Origin: Octopus sinensis
Lineage: Eukaryota
Assembly: GCF_006345805.1 (NCBI RefSeq)
Contig: NC_043001.1
Coordinates: 14,012,001 to 14,076,000, forward strand
DNA: 64,000 nt
Direction: 5' to 3'
A program made the translations under genes and the position numbers. This document shows, piece by piece, positions 12,907 to 25,182 of the stretch (the first letter of the stretch is position 1; each line of letters opens with the position of its first letter). The notes under the pieces were generated by a model. The model saw only the letters and a program-made list of their open reading frames with translations. It was not told where the DNA came from and did no database searches.

Positions 12907-13137
12907 AAACAATTTAGTTGGTTCATCAGGTTTCGGATATTAGAATGTTGATTTATTTATTTAAGAAAAACGGGAACCTTGATAACATACATATATACAT
13001 TATAATTCAATACATATAAGATAAGAATACAATTATAAAAATCTTAATGTAAATTTAGATTCTCGTTTTTGTTAAATGAATAAATAAATCAGTCAACATT
13101 CTAATATCCGAAACCTGACGAACCAAGTGAATTGTTT
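12907..13137. repeat. Inverted repeat, ~55-bp arms
   Basis: ttggttcatcaggtttcggatattagaatgttga versus tcaacattctaatatccgaaacctgacgaaccaa. Confidence 0.85.
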
Positions 13138-13148
13138 CTCCATTTTCT

Positions 13149-13217
<69 letters not shown>

Positions 13218-13218
<1 letters not shown>

Positions 13219-13409
13219 GTATTTCTGTGTCTGTGTTTGTCCACTCACCACCATCGCTTGACAACCAATGTTGGTGTGTTTACATCGCCGTAATTTAGCG
13301 GTTCGGCAAAAGATTCCGATACAATAAGTCCTGGGGTTGATTTGTTCGACTAAAGTTGGTGCTTCAGCATGGCCACAGCCAAATGACTGAAACATGTAAA
13401 AGAATGAAA

Positions 13410-13410
<1 letters not shown>
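13218..13410 (+). mobile_element. SINE-A, 3' half
   Basis: Begins after (TA)n; tail intact. Confidence 0.8.
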
Positions 13411-13497
<87 letters not shown>

Positions 13498-13499
<2 letters not shown>

Positions 13500-13895
13500 C
13501 GCAGGAGTGGCTGTGTGGTAAGTAGCTTACTTACCAACCACATGGTTCCGGGTTCAGTCCCACTGCGTGACACCTTGGGCAAGTGTCTTCTACTATAGCT
13601 TCGAGCCGACCAAAGCCTTGTGAGTGGATTTGGTAGACGGAAATTGAAAGAAACCCGTCGTGTATATATATATGTATGTATGTGTATATGTGTGTGTGCA
13701 TATGTTTGTGTGTCTGTGTCCCCCCAACATCGCTCGACAACCGATGCTGGAGTGTTTACGCCCCCGTAAGATAGATCGATAGAATAAGTACTAGGCTTAA
13801 AAAGAATAAGTTCTGCAGTCGATTTGCTCGACTAATAGCGGTGCTCCAGCATGGCCGCAGTCAAATGACTGGAACAAGTAAAAGAGTAAAAAGAG
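13498..13895 (+). mobile_element. SINE-A, full length
   Basis: Head ggcgcaggagtggctgtgtgg; tail intact. Confidence 0.9.
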
Positions 13896-13932
13896 AAAAA
13901 AGAGAGAGATAACACACACATTATATATATAT

Positions 13933-13978
<46 letters not shown>

Positions 13979-13998
13979 TGTATTTATCTCTCTATCTC

Positions 13999-14387
13999 TC
14001 TATATATATAAAGCTGAAGTTGTCTGTGTATGGCAGGTTTGGTAGCCTTCAACTAACACTATCTCCTCCGAGTCCCTGTGGTGCAAGTTGACCAAAATTG
14101 AGAGTATGATAGAAGAAGGCTTGCTCTTCCTTCTGTAGAAGAAAAATTTGAAATCGGATCATGTTAACACCAAACATTATTTACATCAAAAACTGCTTTT
14201 GTTCTATGAAAATCCCTATTTTTTACCATTTTTCGACTGCTGTGTCGGCATTTTTCTGTGTATTTCAACCAGAAAATTGTTCACTTAAGGAGAATAACAA
14301 GCTACATAATGCAGAATTTCTACTTTTCAAAAATTCCAATTCTAAAGGGTCGAAACAAACCCAAGCAACGTCGGGCGATACTGCTAG
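13999..14387 (+). mobile_element. Non-autonomous Helitron family H2
   Basis: TC(TA)n start; 3' hairpin plus CTAG|t; same 3' end as H1. Confidence 0.85.
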
Positions 14388-14864
14388 TAATGTATATATA
14401 TATGGATGTTCTTCTACTACAGACGCTATCGAAAAGCCTTGCTCGCCAATCAATCAGGATCAATATATAGAACTAGAGCAGTTCAAATCGCTGTCAAACG
14501 TAGATGCTCTTGTCCATCAAAATTGATTGAGCGAAGTGAACTATTGTTCACTAACTAAAGATTACGTATCTTCGGCAAAGTATCTCTCGGCTGGCAAGAA
14601 CACTCTTCAAACTTGCAATATTAGCATTTCTCATATGTATATAGATGCACGTACGTAGTGTGTATGTATGCATGCATGCATGTATGATATTAATAAAAGA
14701 CATGTTTTGTATTGGCAAATCAATCAAAATACCTTGTGTTTTCCTAACTGTAATTCTTATGAAAGTCTTGAAGTACAAATCTTATGTTGCAATCTCTGTT
14801 CTGGCTTTTCTTTTATTCTTGTTCTTTTTCTTCTTCTTCGTCTTCTTATGATTATTATTATTAT

Positions 14865-15082
14865 TAAGACAGTGAGTTATCACAAGCGGTAGCGCGCTGG
14901 GGAAATGCCTAGCGGTATTTCGTCTGCCGCTACGTTCTGAGTTCAAATTCCACCGAAGTCGACTTTGCCTTTCATCCTTTCAGGGTAGATTAAATAAGTA
15001 CCAGTTACGCACTGGGATCGGTGTAATCGACTTAATCATCCCTTCCCCAAAATTTAAGGCCCTGTGCTTCCAGCAGAAAAAG

Positions 15083-15132
<50 letters not shown>

Positions 15133-16450
15133 GATGGCGAGCTGACAGAAACGTTAGCACGCCGGGCGAAATGTGTGGTCGTATTTCCTTTGCCGCTACG
15201 TTCTGAGTTCAAATCCCGCCGAGATCTACTTTGCCTTTCATCCTTTCGGGGTCGATAAATTTGGTACCAGTTACGCACTGGGGTCGATATAATCGACTTA
15301 ATCCGTATGTCTGTCCTTGCTTGTCCTCTCTGTGTTTAGCCCCTTGTGGGTAGTAAAGAAATAGGTATTTCGCCTGCCTCTACGTTCTGAGTTCAAATTG
15401 CGCCGAAGTCGACTTTGCTTTCATCATTTCAGGGTAGATTAAATAAGTACCAGTTACGCACTGGAGTTGATGTAATAGACTTAATCCCTTGCCCAAAATT
15501 TGAGGCCCTGTGCTTCCAGAAGAAAGGATTCTCATCATCATCGTCATCATTATTAAGATGGCGAGCTGGCAGAATAGTTTGGACGCCGGAAATGCTCAGC
15601 GGTATTTCGTCTGCCGCTACGTTCTGAGTTCAAGTTTCTACAGAAGTCGACTATGGTTTTCATCCTTTCGGGGTCAATGAATTAAGTATCAGTTGTGGTG
15701 TATACTGGAGTCGATGTGATCGACTGCCCCCCGCCCGCCTAATTTGAGGCTTTGTGACTATAATAGAAAGGAATATCATAATTATTATTATTATTATTAT
15801 CATCATTACTATTATTTTAATTGTTGTTATTATTAAGGCGGTGAGCTGGTAGAATCGTTAGCACGCCGAGCGAAATGCTTAGCGGTATTTCGTCTGCCGT
15901 TACGTTCTGAGTTCAAATTCTGCCGAGGTCAACTTTGCTTTCATCCTTTCGGGGTCGATTAAATAAGTACCAGTTACGCACTGGGATCGGTGTAATCGAC
16001 TTAATCCCTTTGTCTGTCCTTGTTTGTCCACTCTGTTTTTAGCCCCTTGTGGGTAATAAAGAAATAGGTATTACATCGCTACGTTCTGAGTTCAAATTCC
16101 GACAAGGTAGACTTTGCCTTTCATCCTTCTGGTGTCGATGAACTAAGGATCAGTGAAAGACTGTGATCGATGTAAAGGATACCCTTGTGGCAAAATTTGA
16201 AACTATTATTATTATTACTATGGCAGCAAGCTGACAGAATCGTTAGCACGCTGGACGAAATGATTAGCGGCATTTCGTCCGTCTTTATGTTCCGAGTTCA
16301 AATTCCACCGAGGTCGAGTTCGTCTTTCATCCTTTCGGAGTCGTTAAACTAAGTACCAGTCACGCACTGGGGTCAATATAATCGATTTTCCTCCTCCATC
16401 AAATAGGCCTTGTGCCCATAGTAGAAAGGATTATTATTATTATTATTATT
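14865..16450 (+). mobile_element. Cluster of about seven co-oriented SINE-B units separated by (ATT)n
   Basis: Heads near 14870, 15131, 15555, 15836 and 16222; headless bodies near 15366 and 16068. Confidence 0.85.
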
Positions 16451-16598
16451 ATTATTTCTATATAGCATGGGGATTGACAGACACTTTAGGCAGCCGGACA
16501 AAGTATAGATAAAATAAAATACCACTGAAGTAAAAAAACTGTTTAGTCGACTAACCACCCGTCACTCCTAATTTAAAACCTTCCACTTATATTAGAAT

Positions 16599-16759
16599 CA
16601 GGAGTGGCTGTGTGGCAAGTAGCTTGCTTACCAGCCACATGGTTCCAGGTTCAGTCCCACTGCGTGGCACCTTGGGCAAGTGTATTCTATTATAGCCTCG
16701 GGCCGTCCAAAGCCTTCTGGGTGGATTTGGTAGACGGTAACTGAAAGAGGCCCGTCGTG

Positions 16760-16792
<33 letters not shown>

Positions 16793-17025
16793 TATATGCA
16801 TGTATGTGCGTGTATATGTTTTTGTGTCTGTGTTTGTGTTTGTCCCGCAACATCGCTTGACAACCGATACTGGTGTGTTTACGTCCCCGTAACTTAGCTT
16901 TTCGGCACAAGAGGCCGATAGAATAAGGCTTACAAAGAATAAGTCCTGGGGTCGATTTGCTCGACTAAAAGGCGGTGCTCCAGCATGGCCGCAGTCAAAT
17001 TACTGAAGCAAGTAAAAGAAAAGAA
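16599..17025 (+). mobile_element. SINE-A (with a short tail duplication at ~17058-17105)
   Basis: Head and tail motifs. Confidence 0.88.
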
Positions 17026-17155
17026 AGAATATTATTTTATAAACAAACTTATAAGCTGGTGCTCCAGCATGACCGCAGTCAAATGACTGAAATAAGTAAA
17101 AGAATAAAACTTTGAAAGCATCGTATGTGGTTGGTATTCTGGAGACAAAGAAGTA

Positions 17156-17396
17156 AATTTTGAACGCAGTAAAACTGTAAGGACACCAGAGCAAGTATGG
17201 GTAATTACACTTTTAAGATGGAAAAATGTACCCCTCAGATACTGGCTATGTATTCTAACCATCAAGCTAAACGGCCTCCCTGACTCTGCCGATATCTCGA
17301 GTTCTGTAGCCGCCTTTTGGCAACTTTTTTCCGTCTTATAAGTTTGAATACTCTATCTTTCTCTGCTGTCCTTACAGTTACACTGCGTTCAAAATT
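17156..17396. repeat. Inverted repeat with 35-bp arms (MITE-like)
   Basis: aattttgaacgcagtaaaactgtaaggacaccaga versus the reverse complement at 17362-17396, 3 mismatches. Confidence 0.75.
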
Positions 17397-17896
17397 GGCT
17401 TTCTTGTCTGCAAATATATTATATTTATATCTATAACCATCGATGTCTTGAAGTGTTAGCATTGTTCAACGAGTCTGCACTAAAATTTGCAGAGAAGTTA
17501 TGGTGTAACCTGAAACAGTATATTAACAAAGAATCCCACAACCGAAGCTTCCCTCATGTGTAAGATAGGAATAGATCGAGAAAGGAGATAAAGCGAATCT
17601 TGAATTTGTAAGGAAATTTTTATCACTTTCGGTACATATCCTGAGATTGAGTGTCAGTGTGAGGACAGTGCAAACACACTGAAATGTTCGTACTGGTGCT
17701 TCTGGCTCGCATGCCAAGCAGTAGAGAAGGTCGTTTCCAAATTTGTGACAGAGTTAATTGCATCATGAGGCTGTTTTCTCACAGACGGTGCCCGAGTGAC
17801 CCTACTATACTGTGTAGCCGACAAATTAAAAAAAAAACAATACACATGCGCGAAATTGAAAATATACAATGGCGACAATTTACCCATCGCACCCTT

Positions 17897-17897
<1 letters not shown>

Positions 17898-17948
<51 letters not shown>

Positions 17949-17951
17949 TAG

Positions 17952-18030
<79 letters not shown>

Positions 18031-18040
18031 CAGACAAATA
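17898..18040. repeat. (GACA)n(GATA)n microsatellite
   Basis: Direct inspection. Confidence 0.95.
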
Positions 18041-18044
18041 GATA

Positions 18045-18700
18045 ATCAGTATATGATTCAACTTATTAAACACAGTTCAACATACGCATTCATGTTTAGG
18101 TGTGTTAAAATGGATGATAGTTTTTATTTTTCATGTTGCTATAAAATTTATTCCATACAAAAAGTCTCAGATATTCATGACTAGAAAATCATAATAGTCG
18201 TATTTGTACTCGTCAGTAGCTAATATAAAAACTGAAAAAAGATGTCAGAATTACATAGATTTTATCTTGGTTATCATTTTACGATTGTTGTATTCGTTCT
18301 TGCAGTCATGTCTATTTAAATCAAGACTGAAAAAATATTTCTCTATAGAGAGAATGTCAGTTTTAATATTACATATATTAGCACCCCCTTAATATATTTC
18401 TTTTTCGGTCTTGATTCAAATAGACAGGACTACAAGAACGAATATAATCCTAAAATGATAACAAACAGAAAATCTTAGTAATTCTGTCTTTTTTTTAGTT
18501 TTTATATCAGCTACTGACGAGTACAAACACGACTTCTGCGATTTTCTGTTTACGAATATCTGAGTCTTTTTGTATGAAACAAATTGTGTAGCAACGTGAA
18601 AAATAAAATCCATAATCCATTTTAACATCTAATCTCCTCCATTACACAAATATGAATGAATTTGTTTAACTGTGTTTAATAAGTTAAATCATAAACTGAT
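18045..18700. repeat. Fold-back element with ~290-300-bp inverted arms and a ~65-bp loop
   Basis: 18045-18335 aligns to the reverse complement of 18401-18700 (roughly 80% by eye). Confidence 0.85.
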
Positions 18701-18791
18701 ACAAGTTTTCATACCTATACGATTTTATATAAGTAAGTTCAAAGTTAAAGGACGAAAATTCATCCTATAATATATATATATATATATATAT

Positions 18792-18821
<30 letters not shown>

Positions 18822-18822
<1 letters not shown>

Positions 18823-18895
18823 CGTAAAAGACTTTTACTATTCCTGAGCGCTATACTAATACATCTCTGTTTTCTACACCACCTGTCTTCGTCCG

Positions 18896-18897
<2 letters not shown>
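18822..18897 (+). mobile_element. Family F fragment
   Basis: acgtaaaagactttt...cacctgtcttcgtc. Confidence 0.6.
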
Positions 18898-18934
<37 letters not shown>

Positions 18935-18940
<6 letters not shown>

Positions 18941-19115
18941 AATGTTTAAGTAGTGAAGGAATTATCCTAGTATGGATAATTCGGTTAACCGATACCCGGG
19001 TAGCAAATTTATGTCAGAAAGCACGGTTTAAGCTACATGCCAAGGGCAGAAATCATGTGCTTTCGTGTGGAAATTTGTGTGTTTTTTTTACTATAAATAA
19101 AGGAATATATATAAA
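18935..19115 (+). repeat. Dispersed repeat family G (second copy inverted at 41700-41890)
   Basis: Shared ggataattcggttaaccgatacc...gtgtggaaatttg. Confidence 0.7.
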
Positions 19116-19165
19116 GGAATTTTGTTAAATCGTCGTTCAACTCCATTCTTTCATTTATTTATATA

Positions 19166-19196
<31 letters not shown>

Positions 19197-19309
19197 GTGG
19201 TGTGTGTGTGTGTGTGTGTGTCTGTGTGTTTGTGTGTATTTGCGTGTGCGTGTATTTGTGTCTTTGTGTGTGTATTCGTGTATGTGTATTTATGTGTGTG
19301 TGTGTGTGT

Positions 19310-19535
19310 GTGTGTCTGTGTTTGTGTTGTCCCTGCCTCACCACTTGACAAGCGGTGTTGATGTGTTTACGTCCGCGTAACTTAGCAGTTTGACAAAAAA
19401 ATCTGATAGAATGAGAACCAGACTTTAAAAAACAGATATTGGAGGTCAATACATTCAACAACAACAAAATTCTTCAATGTGGTGCTCCAGCATGGCAGCA
19501 GTCTAATGAGCGAAACAAGTAAAAGATGAAAGAAA
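19310..19535 (+). mobile_element. SINE-A, 3' half, diverged
   Basis: Begins after (TG)n; tail gtgctccagcatggc. Confidence 0.7.
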
Positions 19536-19558
19536 AGACTCTCCACTTTTACGCCTTA

Positions 19559-19850
19559 TACTCTTTACTCTTTTACTTGTTTCAGTCATTTGACTGCGGC
19601 CATGCTGGCGCACCGCCTTTAATCGAGCAACTCGACCCCGGGACTTATTCTTTTTGTAAGCCCAGTACTTATTCTATCGGTCTCTTTTGCCGAACCGCTA
19701 AGTAACGGGGACATAAACACACCAGCATCGGTTGTCAAGCGATGCTAGGGGGACAAACACACACACGCATATATGTATATATATATATACATACATATAT
19801 ACGACGGGCTTCTTTCAGTTTCCGTCCACCAAATCCACTCACAAGGCTTT
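19559..19850 (-). mobile_element. SINE-A lacking its tRNA head
   Basis: Tail to mid-body. Confidence 0.85.
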
Positions 19851-20029
19851 TATGTTACTCTTCCCTGAATCCCTCTTCGACTCTCTCTCTCTCTCTCCTT
19901 TTTTCTTTCTCTCTCCTTCTTTCCTGCCCCCACTACTTCTTCCTCTTCTTAGGTGATGCAATGCGTGGCTGGAAAAAAATGAATCAACAATCCAACCAAC
20001 ATTTATACAGGTGATTATTAGAGAAGCGA

Positions 20030-20225
20030 GATGGCCGAATCGTTAACACGTCGGACAAAATGCGTAGTGTCATTTTATTAATCTCTTTAGGTTTGAAGTT
20101 CAAATCCTACTATGATAATGTTTGCCCTTCATCCTTTCAGCGTCAATCAAGTTCCGAGGTCGATGTAATCGACTTAACATCCCCCCCTAAAATTGCTGGT
20201 TCTGTGCCAAAACGTGAAACCTTTA
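20030..20225 (+). mobile_element. SINE-B, diverged, tail 2
   Basis: Degenerate head and B box. Confidence 0.6.
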
Positions 20226-20239
20226 TTAAATAAAGAGAA

Positions 20240-20409
20240 GCGCAGGCGTGGCTGTGTGGTAAGAAGCTTGCTTACCAGCCACATAGTCCCGGGTACAGTC
20301 TCACTGCGTGGTATCTTGGGCAAGTGTCTCCTACTATAGCCTCGGGCCGACCAAAGCCTTGTTAGTGGATTTGGTAGACGGAAACTGAAAGAAGCCCGTC
20401 TGGTCATAC

Positions 20410-20497
<88 letters not shown>

Positions 20498-20700
20498 GTG
20501 TGTGTCTATATTTGTCGCCCACCAACATCGCTTGACAACCAATGTTGGTGTGTTTACGTCCCCGTAACTTAACGGTTCGGCCAAAGAGACCGACAGAATA
20601 AGTACTAGGCTTACAAGGAATAAGTCTCGGGTTCGATTAAAGGCCGTGCTCCTGCATGGCCGCAGTCAAATTACTGAAGCAAGTAAAAGAATAAAAGAAT
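20240..20700 (+). mobile_element. SINE-A, full length
   Basis: Head and tail; internal (TA)(TG)(GA) microsatellite. Confidence 0.88.
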
Positions 20701-20781
20701 ACATGACTATGTTCTTCAACGTGACATTCTTTTAAGTGTCATTTTGTTGATCTCGCAATTTTTATATTCTTTTATAAGATA

Positions 20782-21127
20782 CTAGCAGTATCGCCCGGCG
20801 TTGCTCGGGTTTGTTTCGACCCTTTTTAAATTGGAATTTTTGAAAAGTAAAGATTTTGTATTATGTAGCTTGTTATTCTCTTTAAGTGAACATTTTTCTG
20901 GTTGAAATACACTGAAGTCAAAAAATTGTAAAAATTAGTAAATAAGTTTTGGTGTTAACATGGTCCGATTTGAATTTTTTCTTCTACGGAAGGAAGAGCA
21001 AGCCTTCTTCTATCATACTCTCAATTTTGGTCAATTTGCACTGCAGGGTCTCGGAGGAGATAGTGTTAGTTGAAGGCTACCAAACCTGCCATACACAGAC
21101 AACTTCAGCTTTATATACATATAGAGA
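20782..21127 (-). mobile_element. Non-autonomous Helitron H2
   Basis: a|TC...hairpin-CTAG|t on the minus strand. Confidence 0.85.
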
Positions 21128-21289
21128 TTAGGGTATGATATGGCTGCTATTTCTAGTTGGTAGTAATTTGACTTAGATATGTTGCGTCGTGTGAGTAGAA
21201 TTCCGACCCCGGTTTGTATGAATGACTCACAAATGTGTAACAAATTGAATGAAAGCAGAAAGGATTGTGCTTTAATCTAAGACATAAAT

Positions 21290-22470
21290 CTCTGAAAGAC
21301 GGTGAGCGAAATGAATTAATATGAAGCCATCTCTAAAAGCATTTTCTACAAGAGTAAGATGATAGAAGTTTTCACAATTACAAATTTGCAGACAACAGAA
21401 GCTAGTGACAGGCGCAAGTGAAATCTATTGTTACACTCCATTAAACTGGAAGTGAATCACGTCTTGTGTTAACTCTGAGTGAGTGTTCAGAACGTTGATC
21501 TTCGACTTCATTGTGTCGTGTGCTTGCAGTGAATTGCAAATTATGTACAACTGAAATATTAGTTTTGAACCCCCGTTGCATTGGAACACTTCATGTCTCT
21601 ACTTAAAAGTTAATCTTCAAATTTACCATGTCTTGCTCGTTATGATTAATGCATTCGCGTCCTGTTTCGCCGCTTATTAGCACAAAATATAATGGGAATT
21701 ATTTGGAAAGCTGCACAGCACGATCACGCAAATGGTTCACAAAATGGAAGCATATATTATGTTCAGAATAATAACAGTGAGTGTAAAAAGATGGACTTAT
21801 ACGTCAAAGGATCTTAAGTTCTAACATACAGTTGTCATCGTGGGACACTACACCGCTTATCGGAAAGGTTTGCACAGTGGAGAAATTCTACAACGAATAA
21901 AAGGAGAAATATACCGGTTTAGATGCGGTATTTCGACCGAGAAGGAGGAAATATTTACTACGCGTGTTTCGTCGTTTTCCAGCGAAGGTCAAAGGATCAT
22001 AAGTCTTAACATACAGTTGTCATCGTGGGACACTACATTGCTTGTCGGAAAGGTTTGCACAGTGGAGAAATTCTACAACGAATAAAAGGAGAAATATACC
22101 ATTTTAGATGCGGTATTTCGACCGAGAGGGAGGAAATATTTACTACGCGTGTTTCGTCGTTTTCCAGCGAAGGTCAAAGGATCATAAGTCTTAACATACA
22201 GTTGTCATCGTGGGACACTACACTGCTTGTCGGAAAGGTTTGCACAGTGGAGAAATTCTACAACGAATAAAAGGAGAAATTTCCCGTTTTGGAATACAGT
22301 ATTTCCACCGAGAGTGGGAAATATTTACCACGCGTGTTTCATCGTTTTCCAACGAAGGTCAAAGGATCATAAGCCCTAATATATTGTTGTTACCGTGGGA
22401 CACTACACTGCTTGTACTTACGATAAAATAATTTATTCCAAATTGAATATGGTTGGCACTTCCTACTTAG
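21290..22470 (+). pseudogene. Possible highly decayed hAT (Charlie/SPIN-like) transposase relic
   Basis: Spaced motif resemblances only: LHCVV, RKGLHSGEILQRI..EI, SLNIQL..WDTTLL, DKII.SKLN. Confidence 0.35.
21805..22415. repeat. 185-bp tandem repeat, about 3.3 copies
   Basis: Repeating ORF starts at 21840, 22025 and 22210; the last copy is the most diverged. Confidence 0.95.
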
Positions 22471-23500
22471 TGACGCTACAGTCCATCATTTGTTTCATAG
22501 AATTCTAGTGGTTTAATCTAATTCTTTGTTTGCCTGACTGGTAGGAAAGATTTCCACTAATCTGATTTCAGTTGTAAGTAGTCGTAAAAAATGAGAGCCC
22601 CTCCCCCCTAGTTGCATAAGAAAAATCACGGACGCAAATCAGTAAATAAATGACAGAACAACCCGGCCTGATAATGGAGCCTCAACACAGTAACTTGACC
22701 TACAAGAAACAGCAGTCACACGTTTCTAATGTTAACCCTGCAGTCTTTAAAATATACTGAACTAAGATGTTCTTTGCACACACAACTGGTCGCTGTTTGA
22801 AATTTCTTGTTCATTCATCAGAAAGAACTTATCAAAAACATCTCTCTCTCTCACCCATACATGTACCATGCTCACAGACGTTAGTTATGTTAGATCTCCG
22901 AGCCCTCACTTCTTAACATGTTACTGGGCTGGTCTTTCCGAAACCTATGAGTCAGACAATCAAGTATCACCTCGCTTTGTCTTCCCCCAACGTCTTTCTA
23001 GTGTCACAGTCATCATCAAGTGCTCAGGCTATTTCTTCTTCTCTTATCCAATGAACTGTGCCTGTTGTTTCTTTATGCTTTATTCTATCATTTTTGCTTA
23101 CCTAAAAATATCAATGCTTGTCACTATTTGTAAAGGGCTCTGGCTTCAGCAGTCTTCTAAGGAATCGCATCATATTTACAGCATCTAAAAGATTTTGCTA
23201 CAACAATAACAACTGCAAATACAAAAAAATATGAAGCAAACAAAAACGTAGGAACCAAAATAATTGAATATATTGAATCCAGAAAGAATCCACGAATTGG
23301 CTGCTCTGTTGCTGCTTAGGTAACCCGCAAAAACTACAACGTAGTGCTATCTGCGAGAGCAATGTATTCTTAAAATGTACTGTAAATGTGAAATGGCAAG
23401 TCAATGTTCAGCGCAACCTAACATAAATATAACCAAATCTCTGAATCAAACTGCTGTCTAAATAAGGGAAAATATTTGATAATGTAGCCCTTGATATATT

Positions 23501-23922
23501 TATTTCTTTATTGCTCAGGGGGTGGGGCTAAACATAGAGAGGAAAAACAAGAACAGACAAAGGGATGATGTCAATCACATCAAACCCAGTGCGTAGCTGG
23601 TACTTATTATTTAATCGACCCAAAAATGATGAAAGGCAAATTCGACCTCGGCGGAATTTGAACTCAGAACGTAGCGGCAGACGAAATACCTATTTCTTTA
23701 TTGCCCACAAGGGGCTAAACATAGAGGGGGCGAACAAGGACAGACAAACGGATTAAGCCGATTAGATCGACCCCAGTGCGTAACTGGTACTTATTTAATC
23801 GACCCTGAAAGGATGAAAGGCAAAGTCGACCTTGGCGGAATTTGAACTCAGAACGTAGCGACAGATGAAATACTGCCAAGCATTTCGCCCGGCGTGCTAA
23901 CGATTCTGCCAGCTCGCCGCCC
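23501..23922 (-). mobile_element. SINE-B dimer with 16-bp TSD
   Basis: tagcccttgatatatt at 23485-23500 and 23926-23941. Confidence 0.9.
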
Positions 23923-24132
23923 TGATAGCCCTTGATATATTATGTTTAAAAGTTGGAGTGGTTACAATTGAAAAACTCTTGACCAGAGCTGGCCTGGACT
24001 TTTCAAATTATTAAAACAATATGAAGTTGTATTGTCTTTCCTTGCAACATTGTCACGCCGAATGAACTTTTCAATATTCACTTCAATGAAAATTATAGCT
24101 AATTTCTCTAAATGCGGTAAATATCTTGCGAA

Positions 24133-24867
24133 GGTACGTGGCTTAGTAGTTAGGGCATTCGACTCACGATTGTAAGGTCGTCAGTTCAATTCCCAGCGAC
24201 GCGTTGTGTCCTTGAGCGAGCAAGACACTTTACTTCACATTGCTCCAGTCCACTTAGCTGGCAAAAATGAGTAGTACCTGTATTTCAAAGGGCCAGCCTT
24301 GTCACATGCTGTATCATACTAAATCTCCCTGAGAATTAGGTTAAGGGTACACGTGTCAGCCTATTTCTTTACTACCCACAAGGGGCTAAACACAGAGAGG
24401 ACAAACGGATTAAGTCGATTATATCGACCTCAGTGCGTAACTGGTACTTATTTAATCGACCCCGAAAGGATGAAAGGCAAAGTCGACCTCGGCGGAATTT
24501 GAACTACAGAACGTAAAGAAGACGAAATACCTATTTCTTTACTACCCACAAGGGGCTAAACACAGAGAGGACAAACAAGGACAGACAAACGGATTAAGTC
24601 GATTATATCGACCCCAGTGCGTAACTGGTACTTAAATTATCGACCCCGAAAGGATGAAAGGCAAAGTCGACCTCGGCGGAATTTGAACTCAGAACGTAGA
24701 GACAGACGAAATACCGCAAAGCATTTTGTCCGGCGTGCTAACGTTTCTTCCAGCTCGCCGCCTATGTTAAGGGTACACGTGTCAGCCACTTGCACGTTAT
24801 TTCACGAGCAAGCTGTTCCGTTGATCATATCAGCTGGGACCTGCGTCGTCGTAATCGACGGAGTGCC
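24133..24867 (+). mobile_element. SINE-E (tRNA-like head) with tail T1, split by a SINE-B dimer
   Basis: A box tggcttagtag, B box agttcaattccc, ttgtgtccttgagc; T1 tail resumes at 24766. Confidence 0.8.
24362..24762 (-). mobile_element. SINE-B dimer nested in SINE-E with 22-bp TSD
   Basis: gttaagggtacacgtgtcagcc at 24340-24361 and 24766-24787. Confidence 0.92.
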
Positions 24868-25182
24868 TCTCTCCTCTGAAAATATTTTAAAGAAAGACTA
24901 AGTAACGCAGGTGAGAATTCAGGCAAAATAATTCAAGATGACGCCAATAAATATGGACAAAAATGTTTTGTTTTTAATTGTAGAACAGGAAGTATGTCAA
25001 GCTACAAATAACAGCTTGTAAATATTGGGTAAAAAAATGCTTTGCATATAAAAAGGTCGAAGGCCAAAGGTATAAACATTATAACACTCTATATAGCTGG
25101 TTTAATGTTTCTGTTATATTTCGGGAGAGCATCCTTACCAAATATAATATCGAAAATAATCCAAGATTTTGAAGGGAAGTTG

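Noticed and set aside
19953-20010. Possible 58-nt exon after a long pyrimidine tract (GDAMRGWKKMNQQSNQHLY)
   Set aside because: The tract is a CT microsatellite, the donor (gtgatt) is weak, and the peptide is unrecognised.
21805-22415. Regular repeat array as a possible CRISPR
   Set aside because: Units are contiguous 185-bp tandem copies without unique spacers, in a eukaryotic context with no cas genes.
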